A stretch of 64,000 bases of DNA from an uncultured Actinomycetes bacterium (GTDB lineage Bacteria > Actinomycetota > Actinomycetes > S36-B12 > UBA10799). Positions within the stretch are counted from its first letter, which is position 1, and each line of letters starts with the position of its first letter. The notes beneath the pieces were generated by a model, which saw only the letters and a program-made list of their open reading frames with translations, ran no database searches and was not told the origin of the DNA. The stretch is from NCBI GenBank assembly GCA_963842975.1, contig CAWJIH010000009.1:268310-332309 (forward strand), read 5' to 3'. The position numbers and the translations under genes are program-made. This document shows, piece after piece, positions 1 to 9,408 of the stretch.

Positions 1-1
1 G

Positions 2-391
2 CTACTGGCCGCAACCGAGCGCGCCGACTCGGCGATGACGCGAATGGACTTCTCCGGCGGAATCGCGGCAATCCGGGGATTCGTGGAGGCTGTCAACCTC
101 TACGTCACCGAGCAGGAGCCCTGGAAGCTTGCAAAAGATCCGGAACGTGTCGAGCGGCTGAACACCGTCTTGTACGTGATGTGCGAGTCGTTGCGTGCCA
201 TCGCGGTGCTCTACAACGCTGTCATGCCGCACGCGATGTCGCTGGTGTGGAGTCGCATCGGGGCGCTACCGCATTTGGGTCCGATAGCCGCCCGAAACGT
301 CACTGATGCCGGAGTCTGGGGGCAATTGCCGCCGGGGGCGCTGGTGGCCAAGGGCGATGCGTTGTTCCCGCGGGTCGAGGTGGAGTCGTGA
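2..391 (+). CDS. metG: methionyl-tRNA synthetase, C-terminal part (5' end outside window)
   Basis: Frame open from window edge; ...FVEAVNLYVTEQEPWKLAK... resembles the MetRS anticodon-binding region; synteny with tatD/rsmA. Confidence 0.75.
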   Translation, partial: LLAATERADSAMTRMDFSGGIAAIRGFVEAVNLYVTEQEPWKLAKDPERVERLNTVLYVMCESLRAIAVLYNAVMPHAMSLVWSRIGALPHLGPIAARNVTDAGVWGQLPPGALVAKGDALFPRVEVES

Positions 392-1275
392 GTGCAGGCG
401 CATCGGCATCGTCCCCCCTGGGGGACGGCTACCCAGCGCCCCCCGATCCGCTGCCGGCCCTGGTTGCCGACAGCCACTGCCACCTTGACCTTGGACTCGA
501 TGGCGAACCGGCGCGGGAGGCCGATTCGCCGCGGATCGAGGCCGCGGTGCAGGCCGCGGCGCGGGTGGGTGTGACAGCGATCGTCCAGGTGGGTTGTGAC
601 TTGGCCGGATCCCATCGGGCAGTGCGCATCGCGGCGGCTCACCCGCACGTCTGGGCCACCGTCGCCTTGCACCCGAACGAGGCACCGAGGCTTGCGGAGC
701 AGCATGGTCGGGCGGCGTTGGAAGACGCCTGGCAGGAGTTGGACGAACTGGCCCGAGCACCCGAGGTCCGCGGAATCGGTGAGACTGGCATGGATTTCTA
801 CCGCACCGAGCCCGCCGGCCGGGCGGTCCAGGAGGAGTCGTTCCGGGAGCACATTCGGATCGCCAAACGATCCGGCAAGGCGCTGGTTGTGCACGACCGT
901 GAGGCCCACGACGACGTGCTGCGAATCCTCGACGACGAAGGCGCCCCCGAGACTGTGGTGTTGCACTGCTTCTCCGGGGATGCCGACTTCGCGCAGGCTG
1001 CTGTGGCGCGCGGCTACTACTGCTCGTTTGCCGGCGTCGTGACGTTCAAGAACGCCCAGGCGTTGCGAGACGCCCTGGCCCTGGTTCCGGCCGAGCTGCT
1101 GCTCGTCGAGACCGACGCGCCATTCCTCACCCCGATGCCGAATCGGGGCAAACCGAACGCCTCGTATGTGATTCCGTTCACCGTGCGGGCACTCGCCGAC
1201 TACCGCAATTGGGATCTCACGGACACCTGCGAACTCCTCATGGCCAATACCGAACGCGCCTTCGGGCCGATGTGA
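388..1275 (+). CDS. TatD-family metal-dependent hydrolase/DNase
   Basis: HCHLDL, ETGMDFYR, VVHDREAH, HCFSGD, ETDAPFLTP motifs; GTGA start/stop overlap with metG. Confidence 0.85.
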   Translation: MSAGASASSPLGDGYPAPPDPLPALVADSHCHLDLGLDGEPAREADSPRIEAAVQAAARVGVTAIVQVGCDLAGSHRAVRIAAAHPHVWATVALHPNEAPRLAEQHGRAALEDAWQELDELARAPEVRGIGETGMDFYRTEPAGRAVQEESFREHIRIAKRSGKALVVHDREAHDDVLRILDDEGAPETVVLHCFSGDADFAQAAVARGYYCSFAGVVTFKNAQALRDALALVPAELLLVETDAPFLTPMPNRGKPNASYVIPFTVRALADYRNWDLTDTCELLMANTERAFGPM

Positions 1276-1278
1276 TCC

Positions 1279-2145
1279 GTGACGACTGATCGTCTCCTCG
1301 GGCCGGCCGAGATCCGGGGTCTGGCAGCGCAACTGGGACTGCGTCCAACCAAGTCCCGGGGGCAAAACTTCGTGATCGATCCGAATACCGTTCGGATGAT
1401 TGCTGCTCGGGCCGAGTTGGACTCCAAGGACGTCGTGCTGGAGGTCGGGCCCGGGTTGGGATCGCTGACGTTGGCGCTGTTGCCGTTGGTGGCAGCCGTC
1501 ACGGCAGTCGAAGTTGAACCCGTTCTTGCCCAGGCTCTGCCCGCCACGGTGGCGGCCTACGCCCCCGACCGGGTCAACGGCCTGCGTGTGGTGGCAGCCG
1601 ACGCGTTGTCCCTGCGAGAACTCCCCGGACCCCAACCAACGGCACTGGTGGCGAACCTGCCGTACAACGTTGCAGTTCCGGTGCTGCTGGAGTCATTGGC
1701 CACCTGGCCCAGCATTCGGCACGGTCTGGTGATGGTGCAGAAGGAAGTCGCCGACCGTCTGTGCGCAGCTCCTGGCAGCCGCACCTACGGGGTCCCCAGC
1801 GCGAAACTTGCGTGGTACGCCGACGCCCGCCCGGCCGGTGTGGTGTCGGCCTCGGTGTTCTGGCCGGCGCCGCGGGTGGCCAGTGGGTTGGTGCGCTTCG
1901 TCCGGCGTCCACCGCCGGATGCACCGGAGACTCTCCGGCGGGACGCTTTCGCCGCCATCGATGCTGCCTTCGCGCAACGGCGCAAGATCCTGCGCACATC
2001 GCTGAGCGGGTGGGCCGGTGGTGTGACCCAAGCCGAAAAGTTGCTGGCGGAGTGCGGCATTCCCCCCACGGCGCGAGGCGAGACCTTGACTGCGGGTGAC
2101 TTCCGCTGCTTGGCCGACAAGCATTGCACCCACCTGTCCCCCTAG
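1279..2145 (+). CDS. rsmA: 16S rRNA (adenine1518/1519-N6)-dimethyltransferase
   Basis: [24 protein letters not shown] motif, ANLPYNV; conserved position before ispE. Confidence 0.9.
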   Translation: MTTDRLLGPAEIRGLAAQLGLRPTKSRGQNFVIDPNTVRMIAARAELDSKDVVLEVGPGLGSLTLALLPLVAAVTAVEVEPVLAQALPATVAAYAPDRVNGLRVVAADALSLRELPGPQPTALVANLPYNVAVPVLLESLATWPSIRHGLVMVQKEVADRLCAAPGSRTYGVPSAKLAWYADARPAGVVSASVFWPAPRVASGLVRFVRRPPPDAPETLRRDAFAAIDAAFAQRRKILRTSLSGWAGGVTQAEKLLAECGIPPTARGETLTAGDFRCLADKHCTHLSP

Positions 2146-2155
2146 GCTCCCAAGC

Positions 2156-3079
2156 GTGTCCGCGTTTGCGAAATCCGTCACCGCAGTGGTGCCCGCCAAG
2201 GTCAATTTGGCCTTAGGCGTTGGCCCCTTGCGCCCAGACGGCTTTCACGAACTTGCCACGGTCTATCAGGCAGTGGGCCTCTACGACGACGTCACGGTGA
2301 CCCGACGCAGCGCAGGCAGTGGAATCACCATGACGGTGACTGGTTCAGAGGCTGAGGCTGTGCCTTGCGACCCCACGAACCTGGCATGGCAGGCTGCCGA
2401 ACTGGTCGCTGCCGAAGCAGACATCGAACCGGACGTGCACATTCACCTCAACAAGCGGATTCCGGTTGCCGGCGGGATGGCAGGTGGGTCAGCCGATGCT
2501 GCTGGCGCACTGTTGGCGTGCGACATCCTTTGGCGGGCTAGCCTGCATCGGGAGGCCATGGTTGAGCTTGCTGGAGAGCTCGGCTCGGATGTCCCTTTCC
2601 TGCTCTACGGCGGCACCGCGGTGGGGACCGGTCGCGGGGAGAACATCACAAGTGCGATGGCCCGCGGAAGCTACCACTGGGTCTTTGCTTTGAGCGACCG
2701 CGGCCTGCCCACACCACGGGTGTACGCCGAGTGCGATCGGCTTCGGACCGGCTCCAAAGTCAGCGATCCGATCGTGCCGCCAGGGCTGATGGAGGGCTTG
2801 CTGGCCGGCGATCCGGTGCGGGTGGGCCAGGAGTTGAGCAATGATTTGCAGCCGGCGGCGGTGTCGTTGCGGCCCGAATTGGACATGGTCTTGGAGATTG
2901 GCAAAGACGCCGGAGCGCTCGGCTCGGTGGTGTCCGGTTCCGGTCCCACCTGTGCGTTTCTGGTGGCAGACGACGAGGCAGCGCTGGATTTGGCGGTGTC
3001 GTTGTCCGCCTCCGGGTTGTGTAGTGGCGTTGCTAGGGCCGAGGGGCCGGTCGGCGGCGCGAAACTCAAGGAGGGCTAA
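2156..3079 (+). CDS. ispE: 4-diphosphocytidyl-2-C-methyl-D-erythritol kinase
   Basis: PAKVNLAL...GPLRPDGFHEL, KRIPVAGGMAGGSADAA GHMP-kinase motif; GTG at 2156 chosen because it lies after the rsmA stop (ORF track start is 2096). Confidence 0.85.
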   Translation: MSAFAKSVTAVVPAKVNLALGVGPLRPDGFHELATVYQAVGLYDDVTVTRRSAGSGITMTVTGSEAEAVPCDPTNLAWQAAELVAAEADIEPDVHIHLNKRIPVAGGMAGGSADAAGALLACDILWRASLHREAMVELAGELGSDVPFLLYGGTAVGTGRGENITSAMARGSYHWVFALSDRGLPTPRVYAECDRLRTGSKVSDPIVPPGLMEGLLAGDPVRVGQELSNDLQPAAVSLRPELDMVLEIGKDAGALGSVVSGSGPTCAFLVADDEAALDLAVSLSASGLCSGVARAEGPVGGAKLKEG

Positions 3080-3147
3080 ATCCATCGCCGCCGGGGTAGC
3101 CTGGCCACGCGATCGTCTGGCAAACGACGCACCGAAACCTCTGGAGC

Positions 3148-4443
3148 GTGAGCATGGCTGACCGTTCGTCTCGTTGGTTTCGGATCACGGTCAGCGTGTT
3201 GGCCGTGATTGGTGCGCTGACATTACTGGCCGGAGTTGTGGCCGGGGCGGTGCTGGCTGTGGCACTGGTGCGGGATCGAGACAAATCAGCAGCGACTGAT
3301 GCAACGCTGGCACCCTTCTACACCGCGCCGGTAGATCTGCCCGATCAGCCCGGGGAAGTGATCCGAACTGCTCCGCTTGGCTATGACGTCAAGGGAGGAA
3401 CCGGTTACCGGGTGGTCTACACCTCACAGAACGAAGCGGGCGACATCGTTGCGGTATCGGGGATGATCTTCGTACCGGATACGCCTGCGCCGGACGAAGG
3501 TCGCGAAGTGCTCGCCTATGCGCATGGAACCGTGGGCACCGACCCGAGTTGTGCGCCGTCGCGTGCGACCTCGATCGAGCAGTTGGGTTCAGCGGACTGG
3601 CTGTATCCGGCACTACAACAAGGCTGGGTTGTCACCGCGACGGACTACCTCGGGCTCGGCCTGCCAGGGCCAAGCAGCTATTTGATCGGGGATCAGGAGG
3701 CGCGCGACGTCACCAACAGCGTGCGTGCCGCCCGATCTTTCGAAGCGGCTGACGCGGGCACCCAGTGGGTGGTGCTTGGGTCCTCCCAGGGCGGGAATTC
3801 GGCACTTTGGACGGCCAACTTGGCTGCCGAGATCGCACCTGAACTTGACCTTCGCGGGGTCATGGCTTCGGTGCCGGCAGCCGAACTCGGTGCCACGGTG
3901 CAAGCCCAGTGGTCCACCGCCGCGGCCTGGGCGTTGGTGCCCGCGATCTTGTCGTCGTGGCCCGAGTACTACCCGGACGCCGACTTCGAGTCGATTCTGA
4001 CGGACGAGGGCAGGTCCGCACTAGGAGAACTGGGGACCAAGTGCATAGTCGGTCAGGCCATTGACGGATTGATCAGGAGCAAATTCGGCGAGCAACTGTT
4101 CGCCTCCGACCCGACTCAAGATCCGGATTGGGCGCGGGCGATTCGGGAGCAGACACCTCCAATTGTGGATGCCGAAATGCCCATGCTGTTGATCCAGGGG
4201 ACCGCCGACAAGGTGGTGTTGGCGGGGAGCAACGCGACGCTGCAGGAGCAGTGGTGTCGGGTGCGGCCGATGGCGAGTCTGTGGCTCGGGGGAGTGTCCC
4301 ACCAGGACAGTGTGAATGCCGGTGGGCCAGTTGCGATGAACTGGGCGAGCGAGCGATTCGCCGGATCCGAGCCGATGAATACCTGTAGGTTCGGTGTGCC
4401 GGCACCGGTGGAACCTCTCCCGAACCCGTTGCCTCGGCAGTAG
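3148..4443 (+). CDS. secreted alpha/beta hydrolase, secretory-lipase (LIP)-like
   Basis: N-terminal TM/signal helix; GSSQGG nucleophile elbow; overall resemblance to LIP-family lipases (from memory, not searched). Confidence 0.55.
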   Translation: MSMADRSSRWFRITVSVLAVIGALTLLAGVVAGAVLAVALVRDRDKSAATDATLAPFYTAPVDLPDQPGEVIRTAPLGYDVKGGTGYRVVYTSQNEAGDIVAVSGMIFVPDTPAPDEGREVLAYAHGTVGTDPSCAPSRATSIEQLGSADWLYPALQQGWVVTATDYLGLGLPGPSSYLIGDQEARDVTNSVRAARSFEAADAGTQWVVLGSSQGGNSALWTANLAAEIAPELDLRGVMASVPAAELGATVQAQWSTAAAWALVPAILSSWPEYYPDADFESILTDEGRSALGELGTKCIVGQAIDGLIRSKFGEQLFASDPTQDPDWARAIREQTPPIVDAEMPMLLIQGTADKVVLAGSNATLQEQWCRVRPMASLWLGGVSHQDSVNAGGPVAMNWASERFAGSEPMNTCRFGVPAPVEPLPNPLPRQ

Positions 4444-4505
4444 TGTGTAAACCGACACCGCGACGTTGGCCGGTCCAGGTGGGGTCCTAACATTGGCCAG
4501 AGCAT

Positions 4506-4580
4506 TCCCCGTTGGTGTAATCGGCAACACCCCAGGTTTTGGTCCTGGTATTCGAGGTTCGAATCCTCGGCGGGGAGCCA
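4506..4580 (+). tRNA. tRNA-Gln (anticodon TTG)
   Basis: Hand-folded cloverleaf: acceptor TCCCCGT/GCGGGGA, anticodon stem CCAGG/CCTGG with loop TTTTGGT, T-arm CGAGG-TTCGAAT-CCTCG, encoded CCA. Confidence 0.9.
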
Positions 4581-4635
4581 GGCGATTGCCGCCGCGGTGC
4601 CAGGGTCGGATACCGGTGCCGTTTACGCTGACTTC

Positions 4636-6108
4636 ATGACTGACGTGTCTCCCTCGCTTGTTATCGTGCTGGCCGCCGGTGAAGGCACCCGGATGAAGTC
4701 GTCGCGGGCCAAAGTGCTGCATCCGATTCTGGGCACCCCACTACTGGGTCATGTGCTGCGCGAAGTTGGCGGTTTGCATCCAGCCGAAACGGTGGTTGTG
4801 ATCGGACACCAGCGGGAGCGGGTTGCCGAATATCTGGCGGCTGATTTTCCCGACGTGCGGTCGGCTATCCAGGACGCCCAACTCGGCACCGGCCATGCTG
4901 TTCGCTGCGCGCTCACGGCATTGGCCGAGCAAGGGGTGGAGCTCTCCGCCGGTCCAGTGGTCGTGACCGCCGGTGACACCCCGCTGCTCACCACCGAGAC
5001 TCTCGCCGCGCTGCTCGCCGAACATCAGCGGACCGGTGCCAAGGCCACCGTGCTCAGCGCGGAGTTGGCAGACCCGACAGGGTACGGCCGGATTGTGCGT
5101 GACTCCGACGGTTCGGTGATTGGGATTGTGGAGCACAAAGACGCCGACAAGGCCCAACTCGCGCTGCGCGAAATCAACTCCGGCGTTTTCGCCTTCGACG
5201 CCGCGACACTGAACGACGCCTTGGGTCGGCTCAACACCGACAACTCACAGGGTGAGGAGTACCTCACCGACGTCCTGGGCATTGTGCACAACGACGGTGG
5301 CCGCGTCTCCGCGTGGATTGCCGCTGATGCCGAAGATGTCCATGGCATCAACGATCGGGTCCAGTTGGCCGCTGCGGCCGCGGTCCTGCGCGACCGGATC
5401 AACGCCGCACTCATGCGCTCCGGGGTCACCATCGTCGACCCCGCCACCGCCTGGATCGCTCCAGGAGTGCGAGTCGGACGCGACGCGGTGGTGGAGCGCA
5501 ACACCTCCATCGGCCCCGGTAGCGAGGTTGGGGAGGGTGCTGTGGTGGGCCCCGACACGACTCTGCTCGCCACCTACGTCGGCGCCGGCGCCTCAGTAAT
5601 CCGCAGCCACTGCGATCACGCCGTCATCGGTGATTCGGCCACGGTCGGCCCTTTCACCTTCCTTCGCCCGGGTGCTGAACTGGGGGAGGCTGCCAAGGCT
5701 GGGGCGTACGTGGAAATCAAGAACGCCTCGGTCGGTGAGGCAGCGAAGGTGCCGCACCTGTCGTATGTCGGTGACGCTGAGATCGGGCCGCGGTCCAATA
5801 TCGGTGCAGCCACCGTTTTCGTCAACTACGACGGCGTGCACAAACACCGCACCACCGTTGGCGCTGACGCACGGGTGGGCAGCGATTCCATGTTGGTCGC
5901 TCCGGTCTCGGTAGGCGACGGGGCCTACACCGGAGCAGGTTCGGTGATCACTGAGGATGTGCCTGCCGGTGCGCTGGCGCTCGGGCGGGCTCGGCAGCGC
6001 AACATCGAAGGTTGGGTGCAGCGGGTTCGGCCCGGCTCGCCGGCTGCGCTTTCGGCAGCGGCGGCAGCCGAAACTTCGGGCCCGGTGGCAGCCGCCGAGG
6101 GTGAGTAG
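4636..6108 (+). CDS. glmU: bifunctional UDP-N-acetylglucosamine pyrophosphorylase / glucosamine-1-phosphate N-acetyltransferase
   Basis: LAAGEGTRMKS N-terminal motif, C-terminal hexapeptide-repeat region; ATG 4636 preferred over the track start 4597. Confidence 0.9.
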   Translation: MTDVSPSLVIVLAAGEGTRMKSSRAKVLHPILGTPLLGHVLREVGGLHPAETVVVIGHQRERVAEYLAADFPDVRSAIQDAQLGTGHAVRCALTALAEQGVELSAGPVVVTAGDTPLLTTETLAALLAEHQRTGAKATVLSAELADPTGYGRIVRDSDGSVIGIVEHKDADKAQLALREINSGVFAFDAATLNDALGRLNTDNSQGEEYLTDVLGIVHNDGGRVSAWIAADAEDVHGINDRVQLAAAAAVLRDRINAALMRSGVTIVDPATAWIAPGVRVGRDAVVERNTSIGPGSEVGEGAVVGPDTTLLATYVGAGASVIRSHCDHAVIGDSATVGPFTFLRPGAELGEAAKAGAYVEIKNASVGEAAKVPHLSYVGDAEIGPRSNIGAATVFVNYDGVHKHRTTVGADARVGSDSMLVAPVSVGDGAYTGAGSVITEDVPAGALALGRARQRNIEGWVQRVRPGSPAALSAAAAAETSGPVAAAEGE

Positions 6109-6182
6109 TCGGCATCAGTGATGGCCCATCGACTGGCGGCCCCTAGGATGACAGCCGAACGTCTGTTGACTGGAGGTCGAGC

Positions 6183-7163
6183 GTGACGCAGATCATTCAA
6201 ACGCCCCAGAAGAAGCTCAAACTCTTCGCTGGTCGCTCCCACCCGGAGCTAGCCGAGCACGTCGCCGCTGAATTGGGCATTTCACTGGCACCTACATCCG
6301 CGTACGACTTCGCCAACGGTGAAATGTTTATCCGCTTCGAGGAGAGCGTGCGCGGCACGGACTCCTTCGTGTTGCAGAGCCACGGACACGACATCAACAA
6401 GTGGATCATGGAACAGTTGATCATGGTTGATGCCCTGAAGCGTGCATCGGCGAAGCGGATCACCGTGATCATGCCGTTCTACGGATACGCCCGGCAAGAC
6501 AAGAAGCACCGAGGCCGGGAACCCATCACAGCCCGGCTCATGGCGGATTTGTTCCGTACCGCCGGGGCGGACCGGTTGATGGCCGTGGATCTGCACACCA
6601 GTCAGATTCAGGGCTTCTTCGACGGCCCGGTGGACCACCTCTTCGCGTTGCCAGTGCTCAGCGAGTACGTGGCCGACAACGTGGACCTTTCGAAGGTCAC
6701 GGTGGTGAGCCCCGATGCCGGTCGAGTGCGGGTTGCCGAGCGATGGACCGACGTCTTGGGCACACCGCTGGCGATCATCCACAAGCGCCGGGACCCGGAT
6801 GTGCCCAACCAGGTGAAAGTCTTCGAGGTCGTCGGTGAGGTGAAGGACCGGGTGTGTGTGGTGGTCGACGACATGATCGACACCGGCGGCACCATCGTGA
6901 AGGCAGCAGACACCCTTTTCGACCAGGGCGCCGCGGATGTGATCGTCACCGCCACTCACGGGGTGCTCAGTGACCCGGCAACCGAGCGGCTGAAGAACTC
7001 CCGGATCTCGGAAGTGATCGTCACCGACACCCTCCCAATCGCCTCTGAGAAGCGCATCGACAAACTGACAGTCCTGCCAATCGCTCCGCTGATCGCGAAG
7101 GCCATCAGCGAGGTCTTCACCGATGGTTCGGTGACCAGCCTCTTTGGATCTCCCAACGGGTGA
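6183..7163 (+). CDS. prs: ribose-phosphate pyrophosphokinase
   Basis: PFYGYARQDKK, VSPDAGRV, VVDDMIDTGGT PRPP-binding motif. Confidence 0.92.
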   Translation: MTQIIQTPQKKLKLFAGRSHPELAEHVAAELGISLAPTSAYDFANGEMFIRFEESVRGTDSFVLQSHGHDINKWIMEQLIMVDALKRASAKRITVIMPFYGYARQDKKHRGREPITARLMADLFRTAGADRLMAVDLHTSQIQGFFDGPVDHLFALPVLSEYVADNVDLSKVTVVSPDAGRVRVAERWTDVLGTPLAIIHKRRDPDVPNQVKVFEVVGEVKDRVCVVVDDMIDTGGTIVKAADTLFDQGAADVIVTATHGVLSDPATERLKNSRISEVIVTDTLPIASEKRIDKLTVLPIAPLIAKAISEVFTDGSVTSLFGSPNG

Positions 7164-7296
7164 CTGTTAGGCTCTGACCCGTTCGGCGAGGGCGGTACCC
7201 ACCGCCGTGATCGACGAGCCTGATGCCTGCACCGCTGGTTCACGTCTGCGCTCCTCATCGCCGCCACCACGACGTACACATTGAAGGAGCACTTCC

Positions 7297-7878
7297 ATGA
7301 CTCAGGTCAAACTTGCGGCCGAACCGCGCACTGAATACGGCAAGGGTGTGTCGCGGCGACTGCGCGCCACCGGTCGGGTCCCAGCCGTCATCTACGGTCA
7401 CTCCGCCGAAACCATCACTTTGTCGCTGGACGCCCACGACCTCATGCTGGCGCTGAAGCAGCCCAAGGTGGTCCTTGAGGTTGCACTCGAAGGTGAAACC
7501 CACACGGTTGCCCCTCGCGACGTTCAACGGCACCCGTTCAAGCCGATCATCGAGCACGTCGATCTGGTCCTCTTGTCGCGGCGCGAGATCCGCGAGCGCC
7601 TGGTCCTCGGGCAAGCCATGGCCAAGGCCGAAGAGATCGCAAGCGAGCGCGAACTTGACGCGGTCGCGGTGCAGAACGCAGTGAGCGAGATCCTCGCCGA
7701 TGACGACAACGACTACGACGCTGACCAGGCCATTGCTCTTGCTCTGGAGCAGGTGGAAGAGGCGATGAAGGCTCAGGCCGAGGCTGCTGCTGCCGCCGCT
7801 GCCGCTGCGGACCAGGCCAGCGCGGCTGAGGGAGCCGAAGATGGTGCCGGCGAGGCCGCAGAGGCGAGCGAGGGCTGA
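7297..7878 (+). CDS. rplY: 50S ribosomal protein L25/general stress protein Ctc
   Basis: N-terminal RRLRATGRVPAVIYG L25 motif, acidic/Ala-rich tail; position between prs and pth. Confidence 0.85.
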   Translation: MTQVKLAAEPRTEYGKGVSRRLRATGRVPAVIYGHSAETITLSLDAHDLMLALKQPKVVLEVALEGETHTVAPRDVQRHPFKPIIEHVDLVLLSRREIRERLVLGQAMAKAEEIASERELDAVAVQNAVSEILADDDNDYDADQAIALALEQVEEAMKAQAEAAAAAAAAADQASAAEGAEDGAGEAAEASEG

Positions 7879-7934
7879 GCCTCGCAGTCCGAAGACGACG
7901 CTGCTGCTGCATCCCGGGCTGGCTGATCGTCGGT

Positions 7935-8480
7935 TTGGGGAACCCTGGCACTGAGTACGCAGCAACCCGGCACAACATCGGCTTCGATGTGGTTGATCAC
8001 CTCGCTGACGTTTCCGACGTGAGGCTCAAACGTCATCGCCGGGCGATGGCTGAGGCCGGACAAGGCAGGGTTGCCGGGCACCCCGCGGTGCTGGCCAAGC
8101 CGCTCACGTTCATGAACAACTCGGGTTCTGCGGTGTCCGGTTTGGTGTCCTACTACGGTGTGGATGTCGAGCGGATAGTGGTGATCCACGACGAACTTGA
8201 CCTGCCTCTCGGAGGCCTGCGGATCAAGCGCGGCGGCGGTGACGGCGGCCACAACGGGCTCAAGTCGATCCGTTCGAGTCTTGGTACCGGCGAGTTTCTG
8301 CGGGTGCGGGTGGGTATCGGACGACCCCCTGGCCGGATGGATCCTGCCGCGTACGTGCTGCGGCGATTCGCCCCGGCCGAGCGAGCCGACGTTGGTCTGG
8401 TGGTGTCGGAAGCCTCCGATGCGGTGGAATGCCTGCTGACGCAAGGACTTGCTCCGGCGCAGAACCGGTTCAACCGCTAG
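7935..8480 (+). CDS. pth: peptidyl-tRNA hydrolase (start codon uncertain; frame open from 7830)
   Basis: GNPGTEYAATRHNIGF, HDELDL, GGHNGLKS motifs; conserved LIVGLGNPG would need a start at or before CTG 7923. Confidence 0.85.
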   Translation: MGNPGTEYAATRHNIGFDVVDHLADVSDVRLKRHRRAMAEAGQGRVAGHPAVLAKPLTFMNNSGSAVSGLVSYYGVDVERIVVIHDELDLPLGGLRIKRGGGDGGHNGLKSIRSSLGTGEFLRVRVGIGRPPGRMDPAAYVLRRFAPAERADVGLVVSEASDAVECLLTQGLAPAQNRFNR

Positions 8481-8570
8481 CTGGTGGCGTACGGTTGGCC
8501 CAGGCCTGCCTTGCCAACCGATTCGACTGCTGCTGATCCGCAGCGGTCCCGAGGAGTCTGATCCGACCTC

Positions 8571-9398
8571 ATGAACCAGAACGTTTCCGTCGACGACGCC
8601 GAGTTGGGTGTCGAGTTGGCCCGCACCGCTGGGGACCTCCTGCGCCAATTCCGAACCGAATTTGCCGGCCCGGCGAACGCAGATGCGCGCACGGTGGCAA
8701 ATGCGCTGCGCGATGCCGCAGATGCGGCATCGCAGGCCTACCTGGGGGCCGAACTCGCCGATCGCCGCCCAAGCGATGCGGTGTTGAGCGAGGAAGCGGC
8801 CGATTCTGCCGAGCGGGACACCGCCGATCGGGTGTGGATCATCGACCCGCTCGACGGCACCTGGGAATACGGCATGGGTCGGGAAGACTGGGCGGTGCAC
8901 ATCGCCCTGTGGGAACGTCAACCAGCGCCGGCCGGGCAGTTGGTTCTTGGGGTGGTGTCGATCCCAGACGAAGGAGTTGTGTTCACCTCCGCCGTACCGC
9001 CGAAATTGCCACCGCTGGACCTGTCCCGGCCGTTGCGCATCATCGCCTCACGCAGTCGTCCACCGGCGATGCTGGACCTGGTCGCCGAGACTCTCGCCGC
9101 TGCCTGGGCGGACCTGGGCGGTCCGGCGGAAGCCGAGGTGGTGCAGGTCGGCTCGGTGGGGGCGAAGGTGGCTCGGCTCCTCACCGGGCGGGCTGAGGTA
9201 TACCTGCACGACACCGGCTTCTACGAGTGGGACGTTGCCGCGCCCTACGCGGTCGCGCAGGCCGCCGGGTGCGTGGTGGCGCATATCGACGGTGCCGAGG
9301 TCACCTTCAACCATCGCCCGCCGTACGTGACCAGCCTGATGGCAGTTCGGCCAGAGTTGGCGGCAGCCGTGGCTTCCGCAGTGCGCAGCTCCGCGTAG
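8571..9398 (+). CDS. inositol monophosphatase-family protein / 3'(2'),5'-bisphosphate nucleotidase-like
   Basis: VLSEE..., WIIDPLDGTWEY metal-binding motifs of the IMPase/CysQ family. Confidence 0.7.
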   Translation: MNQNVSVDDAELGVELARTAGDLLRQFRTEFAGPANADARTVANALRDAADAASQAYLGAELADRRPSDAVLSEEAADSAERDTADRVWIIDPLDGTWEYGMGREDWAVHIALWERQPAPAGQLVLGVVSIPDEGVVFTSAVPPKLPPLDLSRPLRIIASRSRPPAMLDLVAETLAAAWADLGGPAEAEVVQVGSVGAKVARLLTGRAEVYLHDTGFYEWDVAAPYAVAQAAGCVVAHIDGAEVTFNHRPPYVTSLMAVRPELAAAVASAVRSSA

Positions 9399-9408
9399 GC
9401 TAGGCGCC

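Noticed and set aside
211-1635. Very long antisense ORFs opposite conserved genes (also 7773-8921, 16621-17796, 41747-43018, 43544-45007, 11824-12855)
   Set aside because: Each lies opposite a gene with unambiguous family motifs (tatD/rsmA, pth, eno, helicase, copA, mfd). Stop-poor antisense frames are expected at this GC content.
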